From Blastocystis sp. Blastoise (lineage: Eukaryota; Protista; Bigyra: Opalinata), in NCBI GenBank assembly GCA_039096225.1, contig JBBPEB010000003.1, positions 1,240,001-1,304,000 of the forward strand: a stretch of DNA of 64,000 nt. Reading direction: 5' to 3'. The position numbers were made by a program, and so were the translations under genes. Shown in pieces: positions 15,801-30,451 of this stretch (positions within the stretch are counted from its first letter, which is position 1; each line of letters begins with the position of its first letter). The notes beneath the pieces are model-generated. The model searched no databases. It saw only the letters and a program-made list of their open reading frames with translations, and was not told the origin of the DNA.

Positions 15801-18800
15801 TTTAAGTTGGTTAATATTCCATAAGCATGATTCTATCTCATTCATTATAAGATTTAATATCTCTTTCCATTGTTCTAGAGTAAGTAGAGGAGTATTATTA
15901 TTTTCATTATCTTTCTGTAAGATATTTAATATATTTATTTTTAATTCTTCATCTTCATCAAAGAGTGTAATAGATTGTAGTTTATTTTTCCAATTAAGGA
16001 TAGACTCAGAAAGAGTAGAAGAGATAGTATAGGATTCAGTTTCAGGAATATTAGGTAATATAGTATGATTCAAATCGTATTTTAGAGTATCTAGATTACT
16101 TTTTAGATTATTATAGTATTTCTTTAAAGCTTCAATTTCATTATCCGTAGATTTTCTGAAAGGATTATTATCAAAGAAATCATCATTCGTTTGTTTGAAA
16201 TTATTATTCATATGTATAGTGTTAGTATTATTAGTAGGAGTAGTAGTAGTAGGAGGAGGGGAAGTAGTAGGAGGAGAAGCAGTAGAAGGAGAAGTAGTAT
16301 CAGTAGAGGGAGTAGTACCATTTATAGTAGTAGATCGATTAGTAGTAGTAGTAGTAGAAGGACTTAAATCCATATAGTTCTTATATTTTTTATTCTTTTT
16401 ATATTTGTTTTTATTACTATAATTGTTTATAGGATGATTATAATTATTCTTTCTTCTATTATATCTATGTTGATTATAATCATGATTATTTCCAGGAATA
16501 TTTTGAGTATCATATCGATTTTGAGTATTCCCATGATTATTCTGAGAAATATCATGAGTATTCATAGCATCCGTATTATTAGTAGTATTCTGAAGATTAT
16601 TAGGAGAAGAACCAGTATAGTTTTGATTTTGACCATAACCGCGATTATTTTGAGAAATATCATGCATATCCATATACTTCTTTCTATATTGATTATTCTT
16701 TCTAGTATATGTTTTCTTTAAGTTTCTATATTGGTTATTTGATCTATATGAATTGCTATTTCTATTTTTTCCAGCATAAGAATATTTATTTGAAGAATTC
16801 TTATCATTATAGTTATTCCTTTGAGAAGGAGAATAACTATTATTCTTTCTGTATATAGTATTATATTTCTTAATAGAACTGTTGTTATTGAGATTATTAT
16901 TACGCCAAGATCTATAAGTAGGAGTAGAATTATTATATATCCAATTATAGAGTTCATTTTGAATATAATCACATATATTATTGAAGGAATTAATCATTTC
17001 GTTATTCATCTGTATAGTATTCGATTCATCAGAGGAGTTAGGGAAAGGAGTAACAAGAGGTATGAGTTTATCTTCTATAAATTTGTTAAATCTAATGAAA
17101 CTTTTCCAATTTCCTAATTTATGTATAGCCATGGAAGAAAGTCGTCTTTTAGGAGTATTATCTACTTTGATAGTTTTTGAGAATTGTATAGTTTTCTGAA
17201 TATTAATAGGAGAGTAAGTAGAAAGGAGATCTTCAGTATTAGGAATTCGAGGAGCCTTTATATAATCATCATATTTTGATTTATTCTTAGTATTCTTATT
17301 TCTATTTCCTTTTTGTGTAGAATTCTTTTTATTCTTTTGAGTTGAATTATTTGTAGAAGTATTTTCTTGAGTATTAGAAGATTCAATATCCATCATAGTA
17401 TCATTATTAGTATTCATAGTAGTAGAAGCTATTTCTTCTTGTATTTCCATAGTATTCATAGGAGTATTTGTTTCAGAATTACTCATGTTTTGATCTATAT
17501 CTATATCAATATCTATAGTATTATTATTGTTTAAAATTTCATTCGTATTGATAGGAAGAGGAGTAGTAGTAGTTTCTATAGTAGTAGTAGTTTCTGTAGT
17601 AGTCTTCTTAGATCCATTTATGTCTTTTTGAGTAGAATTAAGTGGAGTAAAATTAAAATCTATATTCGAGAGACTTATATGATTTTCAAGAGGAATAGGA
17701 GAATTCATAGGAGAGGTAGTAGTTGAAGTGGATGTAGAAGAAATATTAATTATCGATTCATCAGAAGATACATCATAGTATTCATTTCGATTCTGTATTG
17801 TAGTTGTATTATTCATTTGAGTATTAGTTTCATCAAGATTAATAGTATTTCTCTTATTTTGTGTATTTTCTTCTTCATTAGTTATAGATGTAGTAATCTC
17901 CTTGTTTGTAGTAATATTCATAGTATTATTTACTAAATCCTTATGGATAGATTCCTTTTGCTGATTAATATTATTTGTATTAGAATCGATAGTATTCAAA
18001 GTAGAAGGAATACTATTAATATCTATATCTAATTCCATATCTATATTTTCTATAGAACTATTAGGAGACAATTGAGTATTATTTATAGAAGGAGAAGATA
18101 TAATAGTATTGTTTATTATATTGGTATTTATTTGATCTATATTCATAGAAGAAGATAAGTTTGTTGAATCTATATTAGAAGGAGATTCTATAGATATAGG
18201 AGATTCTATAGTAGAAGAAATATTGACTGTAATAGGAGATTCTATAGATATAGAAGATTCTATTATAGTATGATCATCTGGATTTATAGTAGTATTCATG
18301 ATAATAGGAGTATCAATATTATTTGTAGTATTTGTAGAAGAAGAAGAAATATGTATAGGAATAGAATTAGAATTAATTATAGAATTTGAGATAGAAGGAA
18401 TAGTAGGTTCAATAGTAGTTATAGAATCAGAAGGAACAGGAGATAAAAAGGTACCCATATTAGTATGTGTATTATCCTCAATTTCATTTTGTATATAGTT
18501 ATTTGTTGTATCACTTGGAGTTATTCTTTCTTGTATAGGGATTTCATTTTGTTTCGCTACTTCATTTATTGGAGCACTAGAATTTCTATGTTTATTTGAA
18601 TAAATATTTCTGAGAGTTCGTAGTAAGTAGAACAGTGTATTCACACTTGACTGAGGGAATAACATGGAGAATGCTTTTTGGCGGGTAATTCTTTTTTGAA
18701 TTCTAGGCCTATTTTTTCTTTTCTCGTAGATAAACATTAAAGTGAAGTGATTTATAAATTCCTTTAAGGATTCTATATTATTCCATTTCTTTCCATTTTT

Positions 18801-20519
18801 ATGTTTTTTTATTGTGTTATAACCAATTAGAAATTCAGGTTTTGCCGGGAAAAGCCAATTAAATTTAGTAGGAAAATCTTTAGGAGGAGAAGTAATAGTA
18901 TATATATTAGTAGGAAAAGAAAGAATAAATTCATTATTTTCAATAGTATTTAGTATAGTTTCATTTGTAGGAATCTCATTTTCATCTATTATATCATTAG
19001 GAGTAAGTATAGGTATTTCTATATTAGAATCAGAATTCGTATATATATCTTGATCCTCTTGTTCGGTATTATTTAAATTGATAGAAATAGGTTCATCTTC
19101 AGAGGATAAAAGGGAGGTAGTTTGTATAGAAGGATGAATAATTTCATTTCCAATAGGAGTATTATTTGTAATTGTAGCAGTATCTATTATAGTAGTATTT
19201 GAAGATGTAGATAAAGAAGGAGATAGTTCTAGTGTAGGATTTCTTGCCCAAGAAGGAGGATTCGTATCATTTGGGAATATTCTATTGTGTAGTAATTGAC
19301 TAAGTGTAGGAGTAGGAGGAGAATCAGAAGATTCAGGAGAATTTATAGCATCAGGAGAGTTTATAGAATCAGAAGAATCCATAGAAAAAGAAGAATCCAT
19401 AGGAGCAGAAGAATCAAGAGCATTAGAAGAAACCATAGAAGCAGAAGAATAAATAGAATTAGTAGAATCAACAAAAGCAGAAGAATCAATAGCATTAGAA
19501 GAATTCATTAAATTAGTAGATTCAGAAGTATTTAAAACAGTAGAATTAGATTGTGTAATGTTAACAGTAGGAATATTTTCATGAGTAGAAATAATAGATA
19601 AATTAGTAGATTCGTTAGTAGAATTGTTCAACAGGGATTCTTTTGTAGAGGACACATTTTCAGGAGTAGATAACGCATTAGAAGAAATAATAGTAGTAGA
19701 ATTTTCATTAAGAGTGTTTGTAGCCACCGAAATAACCATAGGTACATCATTTTGTTGATTTAGAGTCGTATTTTGTGTAGGAAGTCCAAGATTGGTAGTA
19801 GATTTTTGAGTAGATTTCACGTTTTGTTTAGGATCATCATAATCAATCCAAATGTTTACATTAGTAGACCAAGACTTAGCAAAGGCATCAGAAGACCAAC
19901 CAGTAGAAGACCAAGATTCATCTTTCTTTTCAGAAGTATTTTCAGTAGAAGGTTTCAAAGGTTCAGAATTCACTTGTAGAGAAGAGTCAAGAGGAGGGTT
20001 CAAAGGAGTATCCACTCTTTTTCGAATAGACTTGTATTGTGTAGATATCGGAGACATAATTCGTTTCTTAGCCGAGGAAGTAGTATCTACGTAGAGGGTA
20101 TCACTTTCAGAAAGTACCCAGTTAGAAGAATTGTTTGTAGTTGTAGTAGTTGAACCAGTAAGAGATAAGTCTATTAATTCTTTAGTATTTAAAGAATAAT
20201 CTTGTTTATTTTGAGGATCTATTTTAGTAGTAGTAGAATCACGGGAGAACTCGGAGTTTTGTGGGATTTCAAATCCGGAAAAAACCAATTTTGATCTTGG
20301 ATCACCATTTTCATCATAATTTTTTTGTTTTTCGTTTTTCTCATCTTCCACAGATTTAATTCGTTTCTCGTTTATCTGTAAACTGTTCTCATCGCTAGGG
20401 CTAGGAGCAGAAGAAGACGCCAGGTTCGTAGACCCAGATTTATCTCTGATCTTCAGATCAACTTGGAGTTTTGACTCCGGAACTTCACCGTTGTTACTAA
20501 AATGGATTGCTGATTGCAT
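12813..20519 (-). CDS. Retrotransposon polyprotein, ~2568 aa: long low-complexity N-terminus, reverse transcriptase, CCHC zinc knuckle, restriction-like endonuclease
   Basis: RT motifs in order: STPGPNGLPY, NWRPLAL, QKGF, FLDLEKAYDTV, GIRQGDPLSPLLFN, YADD (14751-14762), KCK, YLG, then GGLG. After these come CPYC...HIMTTC, KRHNEI, RPDIII...VEIGV...K and VILGASG. The likely start is Met49 of the track ORF (ATG at 20519), the first ATG inside the element. Confidence 0.93.
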   Translation of the reverse strand: MQSAIHFSNNGEVPESKLQVDLKIRDKSGSTNLASSSAPSPSDENSLQINEKRIKSVEDEKNEKQKNYDENGDPRSKLVFSGFEIPQNSEFSRDSTTTKIDPQNKQDYSLNTKELIDLSLTGSTTTTTNNSSNWVLSESDTLYVDTTSSAKKRIMSPISTQYKSIRKRVDTPLNPPLDSSLQVNSEPLKPSTENTSEKKDESWSSTGWSSDAFAKSWSTNVNIWIDYDDPKQNVKSTQKSTTNLGLPTQNTTLNQQNDVPMVISVATNTLNENSTTIISSNALSTPENVSSTKESLLNNSTNESTNLSIISTHENIPTVNITQSNSTVLNTSESTNLMNSSNAIDSSAFVDSTNSIYSSASMVSSNALDSSAPMDSSFSMDSSDSINSPDAINSPESSDSPPTPTLSQLLHNRIFPNDTNPPSWARNPTLELSPSLSTSSNTTIIDTATITNNTPIGNEIIHPSIQTTSLLSSEDEPISINLNNTEQEDQDIYTNSDSNIEIPILTPNDIIDENEIPTNETILNTIENNEFILSFPTNIYTITSPPKDFPTKFNWLFPAKPEFLIGYNTIKKHKNGKKWNNIESLKEFINHFTLMFIYEKRKNRPRIQKRITRQKAFSMLFPQSSVNTLFYLLRTLRNIYSNKHRNSSAPINEVAKQNEIPIQERITPSDTTNNYIQNEIEDNTHTNMGTFLSPVPSDSITTIEPTIPSISNSIINSNSIPIHISSSSTNTTNNIDTPIIMNTTINPDDHTIIESSISIESPITVNISSTIESPISIESPSNIDSTNLSSSMNIDQINTNIINNTIISSPSINNTQLSPNSSIENIDMELDIDINSIPSTLNTIDSNTNNINQQKESIHKDLVNNTMNITTNKEITTSITNEEENTQNKRNTINLDETNTQMNNTTTIQNRNEYYDVSSDESIINISSTSTSTTTSPMNSPIPLENHISLSNIDFNFTPLNSTQKDINGSKKTTTETTTTIETTTTPLPINTNEILNNNNTIDIDIDIDQNMSNSETNTPMNTMEIQEEIASTTMNTNNDTMMDIESSNTQENTSTNNSTQKNKKNSTQKGNRNKNTKNKSKYDDYIKAPRIPNTEDLLSTYSPINIQKTIQFSKTIKVDNTPKRRLSSMAIHKLGNWKSFIRFNKFIEDKLIPLVTPFPNSSDESNTIQMNNEMINSFNNICDYIQNELYNWIYNNSTPTYRSWRNNNLNNNSSIKKYNTIYRKNNSYSPSQRNNYNDKNSSNKYSYAGKNRNSNSYRSNNQYRNLKKTYTRKNNQYRKKYMDMHDISQNNRGYGQNQNYTGSSPNNLQNTTNNTDAMNTHDISQNNHGNTQNRYDTQNIPGNNHDYNQHRYNRRKNNYNHPINNYSNKNKYKKNKKYKNYMDLSPSTTTTTNRSTTINGTTPSTDTTSPSTASPPTTSPPPTTTTPTNNTNTIHMNNNFKQTNDDFFDNNPFRKSTDNEIEALKKYYNNLKSNLDTLKYDLNHTILPNIPETESYTISSTLSESILNWKNKLQSITLFDEDEELKINILNILQKDNENNNTPLLTLEQWKEILNLIMNEIESCLWNINQLKEAKIRITSINDAKKIQSEFDKNTKAFLRSKVFSKTTPRYCEIPSKDLQEQFTKLYDSQETSDNILLPDIIKSNTKQLLNPPALNKITYERIRHALKFLPNNSTPGPNGLPYEVYKYSSSACSLLAYILEICRSNGITLKSWSSSITCLLDKNKSDPSSLGNWRPLALQNTESKILSSIMVTYMNELNNKQNFMSKYQKGFISGIPGCEELNFILQNYIANFKLSRRAKTAAYFTFLDLEKAYDTVPQRLMHQILQYMNFPIDFRNIILSLYSSANTVIRLTKNSYTDPIYLKRGIRQGDPLSPLLFNIILNPLLNYLNNNQAMMMNIKDNTTPNNPIVISESNAYAYADDIVLLANNKEDTEVLLGKVKEILNIYHMKLSVNKCKCLAMKYSNDGNRKLTYTPPPPTYNNEVITLLKDTEIQRYLGCPMGESITKRREFWVNTLDEIKEKINSLNTIPISPHQKLITLRQYIIPCIEFLARNGDTNILKIKELDVLIRNNVKNWNGCSSVWPKDFYSTSIRDGGLGVTSLLDRYYIGKASLLVRMANSNDINIRNTLYYALRYTTLQNSLYVINDPINYMRGHIPTEIPETRKKDLVFFNLSINNINKPLKAKKENNTIIPLDIDFTTLNHPFPYIRKAIDAIVALNMDICYYENNPKNGAGIRIRSTDNSISKFIEAKDVKRKMCKLLNESLKIRHASMLKEYSYLQYTKYLNNNISCNKWIYKTKHINPSKYCALLNLRMRTLYTGEMAYRRQDPKGKKPTLHDTVALCPYCLKTKNESRIHSQTHIMTTCARISRNENGHDLISKRHNEIRECLTRSLAKALPYTIYKVNQEKSMNTILYDGKNKEEWANRRPDIIITSEKEIRMVEIGVTYEQVDGTRDTILEMKHTKDHSYDEAIQKLQHDFPNKQISYYTVILGASGTIPESTIHNISQVSKLKGRYLYFLISKINDIVLEWAYKYWRLSLSDSRLITKNISRLHSSAAHIELTQRNIE

Positions 20520-20548
20520 GAGGATATAAAAAAAATGTAAAAAAGAAA
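20520..20548 (-). terminator. Element 5' leader doubling as oligo-T Pol III terminator for the rebuilt tRNA
   Basis: TTTCTTTTTTACATTTTTTTTATATCCTC lies between the tRNA discriminator base and the ORF ATG and contains T6 and T8 runs. Confidence 0.7.
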
Positions 20549-20620
20549 CGCCTGATAGGGGGATCGAACCCCTGACCACTGGATTAAAAGTCAAGCGCTC
20601 TACCGCTGAGCTAACCAGGC
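20549..20620 (-). tRNA. tRNA-Lys(UUU)
   Basis: GCCTGGT TA GCTC AGCGGTA GAGC G CTTGA CTTTTAA TCCAG TGGTC AGGGG TTCGATC CCCCT ATCAGGC G folds into a 72-nt cloverleaf with anticodon TTT and intact A and B boxes. There is one T.C mismatch in the anticodon stem. Confidence 0.93.
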
Positions 20621-22177
20621 TCTCTGAATTTTGATTCTTATCAATGGTAGTATAGAATACCATGCTAGAGAATTGAATACATGCTAAAGTTGTATATATA
20701 TAATTAATACTCTTTCTGAAAAGCTGATTTATTTTTTATTTATATGTATATTTGTATTGAATATACTGTGTTAGCTTAGTCTACGTGTTTAATATGTTAA
20801 TAGATAAAAATTGTATACAGATGGGTATATTCTTCGATTACTCTAAAGATGGACTTAAGATTTTTTATAAGGAATATTTTAAGTAGTAAAAAAAACAAAT
20901 TGTCAATATATGCATAACAATGAAAACTTATTATTATTCAAAAACATGACTATAACTTTCTTTCATACTAAAAGGAGTAGTTATAATATAAAAATTATTG
21001 TTAGGGTGATATTATATATATATAATTAGTTATGAATATAGATATCATTACATATCGTAATAGTTTTCAAATGAATAAAAATATATATATATCATTGTAT
21101 TTTAATTAATTAAATAATGTTTGTAAAATATATATTTGTTGTGTATAAAGTTTAATTAAAATAATATGACCATAATAAAAAGGAGAATTATAAATAAAAA
21201 TATGAAAATAAATATAAATAAATATAATGCTATTTATATAGTGTATAAAAAATGATATAAATATATTAGTGATTATTCGATTATAATCCTTTTTAGTATA
21301 TTATAAATAAAAAAGAAGAAATTATTATTGTATATAATGATATAAACCCCAAAAAGGTATATATATAGATATATCTTTCTTGAATATTTAATTATATATA
21401 AGTAAAATCTTTCTTTAATTAGTATAAATAGTAATGTATATATAAATCTTAGCCTTTTTCCATCACATATTCTTGATTTTATTCATCGTTATTTTAATAT
21501 TTAGGAGTTATAAAAAGAATGATTTGATAAAAATTTCACTTTTTATTGTTAATATTATTAAAAAAAGTGACAATTACTATACAGTATTTGATAAAACAAC
21601 TAGTTGAAATAAAAAGAAAAAAATATATCCATATTAATCTTTCTATTTTATATGAGTTTAAAAAAACTCTCTATTATTAAAGATAGTTGAAATAATGTGA
21701 ATAAATATAATAAAAGAATTAAAAAGAATTTTAGCATAAAACTGAAAAGAATATCTTGTATATAAACTACAATAAAAATATGTTTTGTGTTGTATTATTT
21801 GATATATTATAATATAGTTTATATAAAGTAATATAGACAGAATTAAATAGTAATTCATACAAAGTTAATTAATATTTGATATTTACATTAAAATATACTA
21901 ACAATAGAAAACAAAAAAAAATTGAAATCGAATAACTTTATTATTAATAAAAGAATATATATATATAGAATCAAGAAATAATAATATTTATGACCAAAAT
22001 AAGTATGAGATTTAAAAATACTATGATATTGTATTAATATTCTTGAAATAGAAAGAAATATATAAATAAAATAAAATATATATAAGTATGGAAAAGAATA
22101 AGAAAATTGAAAATATAAATTAAATGATATATATAATAAAAATGAATATATATATAAATGTATATATATAAATATGT

Positions 22178-27434
<5,257 letters not shown>

Positions 27435-28092
27435 TGTAAGAGTATGAATAGAAAAAACCTAAATGTTGAAATTATTTGAAAATGAAACTATAGAATAAAT
27501 TCCCATTATTATTTTTCATTATTAACTTGATTTTTAGATTTATCGCAAAATACTGTTTTTCAGACATTTTCAACCGGAGTATGTTTATATATGCTAAATC
27601 CTTAGTGTTACTTTTATTAAGTATTAATTAAACTCTATATTAGAATATAGAATCTTGGTATATGAATAGTCTTAAAATTAGAAGACAATCTTTTGAGTGA
27701 ATTAAAGTTGTTTCAATAAACAAGTAACAAATATATTAATATATAAATAATAAACAAACATAGAATATATCATAAACACTGCGTGGATATAATAAAGCAA
27801 ATCAATCAATAAATAGAGAATTATTAAAGAAAAATGGATAATTTGACTATAATAGAATAGTAAACTACAAAGAAATAGAGACTAGAACTTAATAAAGTAT
27901 AAAATTGATATAGGATTTGATTTTAAAAAAATGCAAAAGAAAACAATGAGAAAAGCAGTAAAAAATATAAATCATTGTAATGGGAAAAATACACTAATAT
28001 AAAAAAAGAGAATGAAAATAATAGAAAAACTATATAATATTAAAAAGAATAGATTGTTTTTAAAAGTTATATATATAATATATCAAATAAGT

Positions 28093-29664
28093 TTATATTT
28101 TTCCAATAATAGTATTATTAATATTATTATTATTATTATCATTATTATTATTATTATCATTATTATTATTATTCGTTTGAATATCATGGAAAGAATCTTC
28201 TGTGAATTCAGGAAGAATTGAAGGTTTAGCATTTAAAAGTGCGTCATTTTCCGTTAAAGAAAGAGGTTTAACAACAGAATATAGTGGGTCATCAATATAT
28301 CTCGACGGAACATTTGAATTCTTTTGAGAATAATGATTAGCAGGTCGTTTTTGACGATTATTTTTACAGATTTCTCTAAATCTTTGTGAACTAAGATGAG
28401 GTAGATTATAACGTATATAGATTTGTTTGTGTAAAGATTGATGATCTTTAGTATAGGAATCTTTTAAGAGTAAGGGTTTCCAGAAATGTTCAATTTTCTC
28501 ACAAATATCATTAGAAGAAGGACAAGAGCATAATTGAAGCGCTAATCGCGGTAAATAGACATATTCTGAGGGATATAACCATGTCCAATAATGAATATCA
28601 TCATTCCCTTTATTTTCTAAGAAATAAGTTGTTTTACGATGTTTTAAGAATAATTTGAATTCCTCCTGTATCTCTTTACCATTTTTTAAATGTGATAAAT
28701 AATTCATAACTTCTCTATTAAGATGTGTATCATTATATTCATTATCATATTTAATAGATATATAATAACCTAATAAATATAAAGGATGTTCAAAAAAAGA
28801 AGAATGTTTTTGTAAACAACGATTCATTAATAATAAGTAGGCATTATCTTTTATTTTAGAGAAACCTTCTTTATATATAGCGAATACATCACTTGCATGA
28901 GTATCAATAGCTTGAAATTTTCTTTCAATTAAACTTGATATTAATAAGATATCAGCAATTTTATTTAAGGATTTAATGAATGAATCTTGAAGGATAATAG
29001 AACGTACCTTATCGATGTCATCTAACATATTATTTTGAGGATCGTTAATAAATGAAATACAACTAGTATAATTATCACATACATATTGTATATTTGTATA
29101 TTCAGTAAAATAATCAATTTTAGAATTATTATTATTATCATTAGTCGTACTACAAGACGAAGAAGAATAAGGTATATAATATTTTTGTAAGAAATTATAA
29201 TATGTTCTATAATTTTCTAATAATAGAGGAGGCGATAATAAATTATAGGTACTTGTTTCTTCAGTAGAAAAAGTAGATTTTAAAAAGTCTTCAATTAATA
29301 ATCTTGTTTCATATACAGAACTACTTATATATAACTTCTGAATACTATTTTCAGAATTATCATTATATATAGTATTTCCTTCTATTTCAGAAACAATTCC
29401 TTGTATTTTTTGATCTCCAATTTGTTTATATACTTGTTTCTCCATGATTTCGATATTTTCAGGTGTTTTCTGAAGTGTGCTGAAATCATAAGTATCATAA
29501 TAATACGGAGTATTATCAGCTATTATACCGACATTCACAAAATTATTATGATTCTTTATATCTGAACCTATATATATATATATATAGATATAGATTATAA
29601 AGAATATAAGTTAATATATATAGAGATTTAAAAAATAAATATAAAACATAAGAAATAATGATAA

Positions 29665-29720
<56 letters not shown>

Positions 29721-30451
29721 ATTATGACACATGAATACAGTATTTGAGGATTGTATATCATCGTCAACAAGAGTCTTCACATTATCATAACATATATTTA
29801 AATATTTATTCTTATCTTCTTCCTTAGTAACTGGTCTATAGCTAGGTGACCCATGTTTTATAGCTTCTACTAAATATTCATCATTCACATGATTATAATC
29901 AATACCTAGATAGTATTATCATTAGTATTATTTTATTATTATTATTTTATTTTATTTTTTTTATAATAATAATAATAAAAATAAAAATAATAATTATTAT
30001 TATATAAAAACAAAAACATAATAAAGAGAAATCATCATAAAAATAATAATAAAAAAAAAAAACACACACACATATATATACCATTTTTACTAAAGAATAA
30101 AAATAGATTTTCACTAATGAGTTCATTGTCACAAACATCTTGATTAGGAGATACAGCTATATGATTCTTTTCTAAAAAGTTATGAGCTTGTTTTCGTTTT
30201 ACATTTTCATAGTAATTACGAACTTCAGTGAGAAATTCATTCCAAAGTGTTTCATCAATAGAAGCAGGACAAGGAATATCGGAATGTTTTGCTAAATGTT
30301 GTTTCAATTTTGAAATATTATATTTTACATTTGCACTGGGACCATCAAAATTCTTACAAATATAGCAAAAGTAACCTTTCTGAGGATTTTCTTCATTTGT
30401 TTTAAATAACTTTAAAATTTCTGCATATTTATTTCTTGGGATATCAGACAT
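28093..30451 (-). CDS. hAT-transposase-derived protein (BED-finger-like, DUF659-like and hAT dimerisation-like regions), 3 exons
   Basis: CYIC...LKQHLAKH BED-like finger, SPSYRPVT motif, and C-terminal WTW...LPRLALQLCSCPSSNDICEK...IYIRYNL. Introns at about 30081-29906 and 29719-29568 splice in frame. Confidence 0.75.

Larger units (their letters stand above)
11982..20548 (-). mobile_element. Full-length RLE-type (R2/NeSL/R4-group) non-LTR retrotransposon inserted in a tRNA-Lys(UUU) gene
   Basis: Single uninterrupted RT+RLE ORF, 29-nt 5' leader, ~830-nt 3' UTR, bounded by identical 24-bp tRNA 3'-end copies. Intronless and free of the long microsatellites that fill host genes. Confidence 0.92.

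Noticed and set aside
20520-20663. Track ORF start at 20663, which reads in frame through the whole tRNA-Lys gene
   Set aside because: These 48 codons are host flank, tRNA and T-rich leader. The first ATG within the element is at 20519. The open frame is most simply chance, though ribosome profiling could test it.
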